Sequence record: SRR20825019_1641
Strand: one strand, 5' to 3'
DNA length: 64,000 nucleotides
Under the pieces are notes generated by a model, which was given only the letters and a program-made list of their open reading frames with translations, ran no database searches and was not told where the DNA came from. This document shows positions 56,767 through 64,000 of the stretch, piece after piece. The translations under genes were made by a program, and so were the position numbers. Position 1 is the first letter of the stretch; every line of letters begins with the position of its first letter.

Positions 56767-58077
56767 ATGCGCGCGCTCATCGGAATAAGTCTTGGCTTGC
56801 TGTTTTCACTACAGTGCCATGCGGCAACGATATTTACCAATGTCACCATATTTGACCCGGATACCGGCGAGGCCATTGAGCATGTCGCGGTGCAGGTGGA
56901 CGGGGGCCGTATTATCGCCATCACCAGTGATGCCGCACCGCGCCCGATGACAGATGACCTGACAATCATTGACGGCACCGACAAATTCCTGATCCCCGGC
57001 CTCACGGAAATGCACGGTCACCTGCCGCCTGCCAGTTGGGGCAAAGAGCAGACAGAAGAAACCCTTTTCCTGTATCTTGCAGGCGGAGTGACCACAGTGC
57101 GCGGCATGCTGGGTGACCCGGGTCAGTTCGCCATGAGGGACCGTATCAACAGCGGTGAGATTGCTGGCCCCACGCTTTACCTTGCGGCACCCAGCCTGAA
57201 TGGCAGTTCCGTTAGCTCCGTAGAGGAAGCTGTGGAGAAAACCAAACGATTTGCAGCTGAGGGCTGGGACTTGCAGAAAATCCACCCCGGGCTGACGAGA
57301 GCGGAATATGACGCGATGGCCAAAACCGCCAACGACGTTGGCTATCCCTTTGGGGGCCATGTGCCGTCGGACGTAGGTATTGAGCGTGCGCTCAGCGTGG
57401 GCCAAATTTCCATCGACCATATGGACGGTTACATCAGTTGGCTTGACGGTGACGACCATGCCCTGACCGAGGAAGAGCTTCAGCGCGCCATTCAGATCAC
57501 ACTTGATAGCGGCACCTGGATTGTGCCAACACAGGCGCTTTTCAACACTTTCTACAGCAGCACAGGCGGCGGCACTGCCCTCACGGACGCTGAGGTTCAA
57601 ACCCTGCTTGACCGACCAGAAAATGCTTATGTGCCCAAAAGAATGCTCGCACAATGGCACCAGACCGCGCAATCGGCGAGGCCAAGCGCAATGGCCACAA
57701 ATAACCGGCAGCGGCTTCTAAAGGCTTTTGCTGATGCTGGCGTTAATCTCGCCATGGGCAGCGACGCACCGCAAACCTTCTCGGTGCCCGGCTTTTCTAT
57801 CTGGCGCGAGATTGAAGTAATGGTGGACGCGGGCCTGACACCTGCTCAAATTCTTGACATTGGCACCAAAGCACCTGGCCGCTATTTCAAGGACAAAGAC
57901 CAGTTTGGCACCATCACCGTTGGTGCGAGGGCGGACCTTATCCTCCTTGACGCTGACCCCAGCGAGGACGCGCTCAACATCACCAAACAGGCCGGGGTTA
58001 TGGCCGCCGGGCGCTGGTACAGCCGGGCAGACCTTGACAAGCGTTTATCGACAATCGCTGCCCGCCACGCGAATTAG
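56767..58077 (+). CDS. Exported metal-dependent amidohydrolase
   Basis: Signal peptide, PGLTEMHGH, GVTTVR, GH, IDH, GSDAP and GARADLILLD. Confidence 0.9.
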   Translation: MRALIGISLGLLFSLQCHAATIFTNVTIFDPDTGEAIEHVAVQVDGGRIIAITSDAAPRPMTDDLTIIDGTDKFLIPGLTEMHGHLPPASWGKEQTEETLFLYLAGGVTTVRGMLGDPGQFAMRDRINSGEIAGPTLYLAAPSLNGSSVSSVEEAVEKTKRFAAEGWDLQKIHPGLTRAEYDAMAKTANDVGYPFGGHVPSDVGIERALSVGQISIDHMDGYISWLDGDDHALTEEELQRAIQITLDSGTWIVPTQALFNTFYSSTGGGTALTDAEVQTLLDRPENAYVPKRMLAQWHQTAQSARPSAMATNNRQRLLKAFADAGVNLAMGSDAPQTFSVPGFSIWREIEVMVDAGLTPAQILDIGTKAPGRYFKDKDQFGTITVGARADLILLDADPSEDALNITKQAGVMAAGRWYSRADLDKRLSTIAARHAN

Positions 58078-58078
58078 G

Positions 58079-58576
58079 TCATCCTATAGACACGGGCTGA
58101 CAAAACTCTTCAAACGCATCCCGCCACATGGAGATGGGGTGCGTTGCCAGCGTGGAGTTCTGGAAAAGCCGGTCACCAGTTACCTCGCGGGTTACCCAGT
58201 CTGGCCGATCAAAAACCTCGTCTTCATCGTCCAGCTCAACCTCAGCCAGCACAAGGCCCTTATTTTCACCCTTGAAGACATCAACGTCCCACACATGCCC
58301 GCCAAACTTGACCGCATAACGCTTCTTGATGATGAGCGGGTCAAGGGACTGTGACATCAGCGCGGCCCCTTCTGCTTTGCTGAGCGGGCGTTCAATCTCA
58401 ACACGCTTTGTGCCCTTGCCGAGCTTGAGCGTGAGGATATAACCGCCCTCAACCTTGCGTACACGCAGGGAACGGCCCTCCGCGCGCATCAAGTAGCCTT
58501 GTTCGATAGATTTGAATTTTCTCGGAAGTTTGAGCCGCGCTTTGTCGACGAGGAATTTACGTTCGATCTCGTACAA
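58079..58576 (-). CDS. CYTH domain protein
   Basis: EIERKFLV, QGY, RVR, KKRY, DVF and AEVEL. Confidence 0.92.
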   Translation of the reverse strand: MYEIERKFLVDKARLKLPRKFKSIEQGYLMRAEGRSLRVRKVEGGYILTLKLGKGTKRVEIERPLSKAEGAALMSQSLDPLIIKKRYAVKFGGHVWDVDVFKGENKGLVLAEVELDDEDEVFDRPDWVTREVTGDRLFQNSTLATHPISMWRDAFEEFCQPVSIG

Positions 58577-58592
58577 GATGGACCTTCATTCG

Positions 58593-59039
58593 CTATAGCT
58601 TGCCGAAGCGCGCAAAACAGATATGCAGCGCATTGGCATAACCCGGTGGAATATCCTTGAATTTAAACGTGCCTTTCGCACCTTTAAATTCTGCCCAGTT
58701 ATGCTCGCTGGATAGTGAAATATTTATGTCGCTCGCCTTTTTTTTCAGACGACCACTGAACACCAGCATGAGCCGGTCCCCGAGTGTGGGGTGATGTTTG
58801 ACCCAACTGGAGATAAATTCGACCTTCTTGACCTTGAGGCCGGTTTCTTCTTTCACCTCGCGCTTGAGCGCATCAAAAAGGTCCTCACCGGATTCCACCT
58901 TGCCGCCGGGCAAATCAAACAGGCCACTGTCTTTACGCATCACCAGCGCCTTGCCGTCGGCTGACATCAGCACGACCTTCGCAGAAATGGGCAGGTCTTC
59001 AAGGGTTTCACGGGTTGAATTTACTTGTTCCCAATACAT
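58593..59039 (-). CDS. NUDIX hydrolase
   Basis: Nudix box GGKVESGEDLFDALKREVKEETGL. Confidence 0.92.
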   Translation of the reverse strand: MYWEQVNSTRETLEDLPISAKVVLMSADGKALVMRKDSGLFDLPGGKVESGEDLFDALKREVKEETGLKVKKVEFISSWVKHHPTLGDRLMLVFSGRLKKKASDINISLSSEHNWAEFKGAKGTFKFKDIPPGYANALHICFARFGKL

Positions 59040-59130
59040 GTATCTCTCAATCGTTAGACGGCGGGGCGCTTTGCCCTACCCCGTATGGTCCGTCCCATAT
59101 CCGCGGTATTTTAGCGCGGAGTTTTTAAAT

Positions 59131-59823
59131 CTACATTAAGCCAAGCTCTTTAAAAGACGATTGGCCCGTTTTTCCTACAATGATGTGATCATGCACACGA
59201 ATGCCGATCCTGTCGCAGGTTTCAATGATATTTTTTGTCATTATAACATCAGCCCGGCTTGGTGTCGGGTCGCCTGACGGATGGTTATGAACAAGTATAA
59301 GTGCCGTGGCATCAAGTTCAAGCGCACGTCTTACAACTTCGCGCGGATACACCGCTGCTTCATCAATCGTGCCATCACTGAGCACTTCGTCTTTCAGAAG
59401 CGCGTTTTTACGGTCGAGAAATAAAACACGGAACTGCTCACGCGGGATATGTGCCATCGCGCCTTGCAGATAATCTGTCACCGCAGACCAGTTGGACATC
59501 ACAGGCCGTGTGCTGGCACCCGCGAGTGCGAGGCGAAGCGCGGACGCCTGCACGGACTTGATGGCCGCAACCGCGGTATCCCCAAGCCCAGGGGCTGCGC
59601 GCAGGCTTTCAACGTCAGCGCTTAAAACACCGGCATAGCTGCCGTACCGCTCGATCAAGCCTTTCGCGAGAGGTTTCACATCCCGCCGCGGAATCGCGAG
59701 GAAAAGGATCAGCTCCAACAACTCATAGTCGGCAAGTGCGTCTGCACCGCCCTTCAGGAAACGTTCCCGAAGGCGGGCACGATGCCCGTTCACGTGACTT
59801 TGAACCTTGGCTTGATCCCCCAT
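59131..59823 (-). CDS. radC: RadC/YicR JAB-domain protein
   Basis: GHRARLRERF, DYELLE, YPREV, HNHPSGDPTPS.AD and HDHII. Confidence 0.95.
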   Translation of the reverse strand: MGDQAKVQSHVNGHRARLRERFLKGGADALADYELLELILFLAIPRRDVKPLAKGLIERYGSYAGVLSADVESLRAAPGLGDTAVAAIKSVQASALRLALAGASTRPVMSNWSAVTDYLQGAMAHIPREQFRVLFLDRKNALLKDEVLSDGTIDEAAVYPREVVRRALELDATALILVHNHPSGDPTPSRADVIMTKNIIETCDRIGIRVHDHIIVGKTGQSSFKELGLM

Positions 59824-59835
59824 TCAGCCTCCAGC

Positions 59836-60666
59836 TTATTCGGCGGTGTCATAGGGTGGGCAGAACCACCCTTTTGGTGACTTGGTGAAGACCTCATACC
59901 CGTCTTCTGTTACCGCTAAGGTATGCTCAAACTGCATGGAAAGAGTTTTATCGCGAGTAACAGCTGTCCAGCCGTCCGCCAGGATTTTTGAGCCCGGCTT
60001 GCCCGCATTTACCATTGGTTCAATGGTGAAAAACATGCCGGGACGCAGCTCAGGCCCTGTGCCGGGGCGACCAAAATGCATCACGCTTGGTTCATCATGG
60101 AAAACCCGGCCAATGCCATGCCCGCAGAAGTCTCTCACGACTGAATAGCGGTGTGCTTCCACATGTTGTTGGATTGCATGCCCTATATCGCCAAGGCGCG
60201 CGCCGGGCTTCACAGCCTCAATGCCCTTCCACATGGCTTCAAAAGTGACCTGACAAAGCCGTTCAGCCAGCAGCTTTTGCTTGCCCACAAAAAACATGCG
60301 GCTGGTATCACCGTACCAACCGTCCAGAATGACAGTCACGTCAATATTCAGGGCGTCCCCGTCCTTGAGTTTCTTGGGGCCCGGGATGCCGTGACAAATT
60401 ACATGGTTGATTGACGTGCAGATGGACTTTGGAAACCCGCGATAGTTGAGCGGTGCAGGCACAGCGCCGTGATCAAGGATAAATTCGTGGCAAAGCCGGT
60501 CCAGTTCTTCGGTGGTGACGCCTGCTTTCACATGTGGCGTGATATAGTCAAGCACCTCAGCGGCGAGCTTGCCAGCCGCGCGCATACCATCAAATGTTTC
60601 TGGACCATGGATTTTAATCGCGCCTGTGCGGGTTTCAGGAACATCTAGCGCGTCAACATAGTTCAT
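59836..60666 (-). CDS. map: Type I methionine aminopeptidase
   Basis: SICTSIN.VICHGIP, NIDVT, GDTSR, CGHGIG, FTIEPM and QFEHT. Confidence 0.97.
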   Translation of the reverse strand: MNYVDALDVPETRTGAIKIHGPETFDGMRAAGKLAAEVLDYITPHVKAGVTTEELDRLCHEFILDHGAVPAPLNYRGFPKSICTSINHVICHGIPGPKKLKDGDALNIDVTVILDGWYGDTSRMFFVGKQKLLAERLCQVTFEAMWKGIEAVKPGARLGDIGHAIQQHVEAHRYSVVRDFCGHGIGRVFHDEPSVMHFGRPGTGPELRPGMFFTIEPMVNAGKPGSKILADGWTAVTRDKTLSMQFEHTLAVTEDGYEVFTKSPKGWFCPPYDTAE

Positions 60667-60720
60667 CTTTCAATCCTTATAGTCTTGCCTGACAGTACCA
60701 CTATTGGCAGTGTACGAGGC

Positions 60721-61431
60721 TCAGAGCCGAATGGGAAGTGTTCCGGCAACCTTGATACCATCTGTGGTGAGGTCGCAAGTGTAACACAGTAGCTCCACAC
60801 CAGCCTTTGCCGCTTCCCCTAACGTCTCGGCATAAACTTTGTCAATATCCGCTGCTGGGGCAAAGACGGTGCAATCGCCGCGTTGCACCAGATACACCAT
60901 CACGGCACGGTGCCCCTCGGCTACCATATCCATCAGTTCGCGCAGATGTTTGGTGCCCCGCACGGTTACACTATCGGGGAACTGGGCGTCCTCCCCCACC
61001 TTGAGGGTGACATTCTTGACCTCAACGTAACATTTCTCAGCCAGGCTGGTGCTGGACGGCCCTTCCAGCAGGATATCAATACGGCTTGCCGCACCATATT
61101 TAACCTCCCGTTTTAAGGAAGCGTAGCCGGAAAGCTCAGGGATACCCCCCTGCAGTATGGCTTCCTCAACAATCGCGTTGGGACGGCTGGTATTGATACC
61201 CACGAGAGCACCGCCAACCTCCAGCATCTCCCAGCGCCAGTTCAGCTTGGCTTTCGGATTGGTGTTGGGAGAAAGCCAAACCGTGCTGCCCGGCTCTTTG
61301 CAGCCAAGCATGGAGCCGGAGTTCGCGCAGTGCGCCACCACAATCTCGCCTGACGGCAGTTCAACGTCCGCCAAAAAGCGCTTATAGCGCTTGATCAGCG
61401 TCCCTTTTTGTAATGTCTGTTCAAATTTCAT
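60721..61431 (-). CDS. sfsA: DNA/RNA nuclease SfsA
   Basis: RYKRFLADV, HCANSGSM, SRIDILL, YVEVKNVT, FPD and RGTKHLREL. Confidence 0.95.
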   Translation of the reverse strand: MKFEQTLQKGTLIKRYKRFLADVELPSGEIVVAHCANSGSMLGCKEPGSTVWLSPNTNPKAKLNWRWEMLEVGGALVGINTSRPNAIVEEAILQGGIPELSGYASLKREVKYGAASRIDILLEGPSSTSLAEKCYVEVKNVTLKVGEDAQFPDSVTVRGTKHLRELMDMVAEGHRAVMVYLVQRGDCTVFAPAADIDKVYAETLGEAAKAGVELLCYTCDLTTDGIKVAGTLPIRL

Positions 61432-61585
61432 GGCTGCACACTAGCGCTGCACGAAAGCCACAATCAAGCCTTCAGATTAAGCGTCGTGTTTTTGATGCAA
61501 TCGATTATCTTGACTCGGTAGTCCACTAATGTACGCTGATCTTAGCCCTGCTTAAAATGGGTCAGGTTTCGAGAGAGTTATGAGT

Positions 61586-61615
61586 GATGGTTTATCCAAA
61601 ACCATCTCTTTTTTT
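61586..61615 (+). terminator. Orphan intrinsic terminator in the sfsA-TBDR intergenic region
   Basis: GATGGTTT-ATCCA-AAACCATC followed by TC and seven Ts, with no plus-strand gene upstream. Confidence 0.55.
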
Positions 61616-61913
61616 GCCCGAAACTCGCCTGTAAACACTCGTGAAAACAATGAGAGGAAGCGCAGCGCCTTCGGAAGGGCAAATAGAATCTGTAGGAAAT
61701 GCCGGTTGCTAAAGTGCAACACTTGTGTGTCCTGCATGCCTATCTGCTTCAAAATAGAGCGGAATTGCGTCGCAAAACTTTGATAGCTATGCAAACTAAA
61801 GCTCCGGGCGCCCCCAATATAACAAGGACCGCCAGCCCTCAGATCTGCCGGCCCGGGTGATTCCCATAAATATGACTATAAGAAGCTGCGTACTTCGAAT
61901 GAGGAAACATACC

Positions 61914-64000
61914 ATGAAAAAAACTTGGTTTAACAATAGCGCGCGCCTTGTTGCAGGCTGCTCTATGCTCGCGCTTTCAGCCGGTGCCTATGCGCAAAGC
62001 GCAGACAGCAACTTCATGCTGGAAGAGATTGTCGTAACTGCTCAGAAGCGCGAACAAAGCCTTCAGGATGTTCCGATCTCCGTTTCAGCAATTGCTGGCG
62101 ACAAAATCAAAGACTTTGCAGCTGGTGGTGAAGACATCCGTCTTCTCTCAAGCCGCGTACCTGGACTGAACGCAGAATCGTCCAACGGTCGTGTTGCTCC
62201 GCGCTTCTATATCCGCGGTCTCGGTAACACCGATTTCGATCTTGCTGCTTCCCAGCCTGTTTCAATTGTTGTTGATGACGTTGTTCTTGAAAACGTGATC
62301 CTCAAGAGCTTCCCGCTTTTCGATATTGAGCGCGTTGAGGTTCTTCGTGGCCCACAAGGCACGCTGTTCGGTCGCAACACACCGGCTGGTATCGTAAAAT
62401 TTGATACTCGCAAGCCAAGCCAGGAGCCTGAAGGTTACGTAAGCGCAAGCTACGGCAGCCTCGGCACAGCTTCTATTGAAGCGGCTTACGGCGCAGGCAT
62501 CAGCGAAAAAGTTTCCGCTCGTATTTCTGGTCTCTATACACGCCGCGACGACTGGATCGACAACGGCTTCAGTGGTGAAGAAAACGCAATGGGCGGCTTC
62601 GTTGAAGCTGCGATGCGTGCTCAGGTTCTTATTGAACCAACAGACAACTTTGATGCGCTCCTTAATTTCCATTACCGCTCGCTTGACGGTACGTCTGAAG
62701 TTTTCCGTGCGAACATCTTCGATGCAGGCTCACCTGAGCTGAACGAAAACTTTGACCGTGACACGGTGTTCCATGACGACACGCACAACAACACCCAAAG
62801 CTACGATAGCTGGGGTGCTTCCGCGAAGCTCGTATGGGACTTCGGTGATGACATGACACTGACATCTGTTAGCGCTTATGAAACCACAAAAGGCTGCGGC
62901 ATCGGTGATATCGATGGCGGTAACACAGGTGGCCCGGGCGTTGTTCCGTTCCCAAGCACCACGGAAGACTGTATCGATAATCTCGATCAGTTCACTGAGG
63001 AGCTACGTTTGTCCGGCCAAGCCAGTGACGCGCTGTTCTACCAGTTCGGTTTCTTCTACTTCGATAGCGACTTCACCATCCGCACCCGTCCGTTCTTCGT
63101 GCCAGACTCGACTGTCCGTCACCAGAACCAGACATGGGCGCTTTTTGGTCAGGCAAGCTACGACCTGACTGAGGCGACCACACTGACCGTTGGTATGCGT
63201 TATACAGATGACGAGAAAACCGCTGACTCTTACTCAGGTGCTTTTGGTTCAGCGCTTCCAACCGTTAGCCTCGACGGCGACAACCTGAGCTGGGACATCG
63301 CTCTCAACCACATCATCAATGATGACCTGTCAGTTTACGCACGTGTTGCCACTGGCTTCCGCGCCCCTACCATTCAGGGTCGTGATGTTGCTTTCTTTGG
63401 TGTACCAACAACGGCTAAAGAAGAAACCATCATCTCTTATGAAGCTGGTTTCAAGGCAGACCTCGTTGAAGGCCGCATGCGTTGGAACGGTGCAGCATTC
63501 TACTATAACGTAGACGACCTTCAGGTTACCGCTGTTGGTGGTGGCGACAACAACGTTCGCCTCCTCAACCTCGGTCGCGTTGAAGGTTACGGTTTTGAAA
63601 CAGACCTCGAATTCCTTGTGACAGAAAACTTCACCGTGACCGCAGGCGCGTCCTACGCTCACACCGAAATCTTCGCTAAAGGCGTTCGGGTTCCTGTTTG
63701 TGGCACCGGCATGTGTACACCAACAGACCCGCTTGATGCACAGGGCCGCGCCATTGTTCATGGCAACCCGCTGCCACAAGCACCTGATTGGACGTTCAAC
63801 GTCACTGCTGATTACACGATGCCAATGGGTGACGACGAAGAAGTCTTCCTGTTTGCAGACTGGGCTTACCAAGGCGACACGAACTTCACACTCTATGAAG
63901 CTGCAGAGTTCAAGTCGACCGGTACGTTTGAACTTGGCATGCGTGCTGGTTACCGCTGGGCTGATGGCCGCTATGAGGCCGCTGTCTTTGCTCGCAACAT
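61914..64000 (+). CDS. TonB-dependent receptor (3' end beyond the window; not in the ORF track)
   Basis: My translation from ATG 61914 (GAGG RBS) gives the signal peptide MKKTWFNNSARLVAGCSMLALSAGAYA, then LEEIVVTAQKREQSLQDVPISV, FYIRGLG and DIERVEVLRGPQGTLFGRNTPAG. Confidence 0.95.
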   Translation, partial: MKKTWFNNSARLVAGCSMLALSAGAYAQSADSNFMLEEIVVTAQKREQSLQDVPISVSAIAGDKIKDFAAGGEDIRLLSSRVPGLNAESSNGRVAPRFYIRGLGNTDFDLAASQPVSIVVDDVVLENVILKSFPLFDIERVEVLRGPQGTLFGRNTPAGIVKFDTRKPSQEPEGYVSASYGSLGTASIEAAYGAGISEKVSARISGLYTRRDDWIDNGFSGEENAMGGFVEAAMRAQVLIEPTDNFDALLNFHYRSLDGTSEVFRANIFDAGSPELNENFDRDTVFHDDTHNNTQSYDSWGASAKLVWDFGDDMTLTSVSAYETTKGCGIGDIDGGNTGGPGVVPFPSTTEDCIDNLDQFTEELRLSGQASDALFYQFGFFYFDSDFTIRTRPFFVPDSTVRHQNQTWALFGQASYDLTEATTLTVGMRYTDDEKTADSYSGAFGSALPTVSLDGDNLSWDIALNHIINDDLSVYARVATGFRAPTIQGRDVAFFGVPTTAKEETIISYEAGFKADLVEGRMRWNGAAFYYNVDDLQVTAVGGGDNNVRLLNLGRVEGYGFETDLEFLVTENFTVTAGASYAHTEIFAKGVRVPVCGTGMCTPTDPLDAQGRAIVHGNPLPQAPDWTFNVTADYTMPMGDDEEVFLFADWAYQGDTNFTLYEAAEFKSTGTFELGMRAGYRWADGRYEAAVFARN

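Noticed and set aside
56809-57672. 287-aa antisense ORF, and similar ones at 53611-54354, 35397-36053, 20418-21062, 16176-16823 and 1273-2046
   Set aside because: All overlap well-supported genes on the opposite strand and show no recognisable domains.
59131-59823. radC as a marker of a mobile element
   Set aside because: It is the full-length chromosomal type in the housekeeping sfsA-map-radC arrangement, with no mobility genes.
61432-61913. Cobalamin or TPP riboswitch before the TonB receptor; small ORFs 61552-61794 and 61580-61783
   Set aside because: No B12-box or TPP consensus is recognisable, and the ORFs lack a convincing RBS or domain.

Overview
This window looks like ordinary chromosome from an alphaproteobacterium. 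The recG-sdhE-mfd and tRNA-Pro/DUF192/cold-shock gene orders and the alpha-type LexA, CtrA-like and GANTC signals support this. Two Na+/H+ antiporters, several secreted peptidases and a TonB receptor suggest a marine heterotroph; a Kordiimonas-like organism is only a guess. I found no integrase, transposase, prophage or CRISPR array. Main points of interest: (1) a ~12.5 kb sphingolipid (ceramide) locus resembling that of Caulobacter, with acyl-AMP ligase, CerR-like reductase, ACP, Spt, CpgC/CpgB-like enzymes, DUF2141, an LptF/LptG paralog pair and bCerS. It also carries a translationally coupled MOP-family flippase but no CpgA-type transferase in this window. (2) An unannotated array of 4-6 tandem hairpins with C-rich, anti-Shine-Dalgarno-like loops behind an outer-membrane protein gene. 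(3) An S24 peptidase with no HTH domain and a perfect LexA box over its RBS, next to a divergent FolC-like ligase at a tRNA-Leu 3' end. (4) Eight GANTC sites in 145 bp overlapping a CtrA-like box upstream of a DUF2336 gene and a PleC/DivJ-like kinase. (5) A sigma54 flgK promoter with downstream ftr-like elements. (6) A candidate sRNA or attenuator upstream of a TonB receptor that runs off the window end and is missing from the ORF track. All family assignments come from motif recognition by eye; no searches were run.
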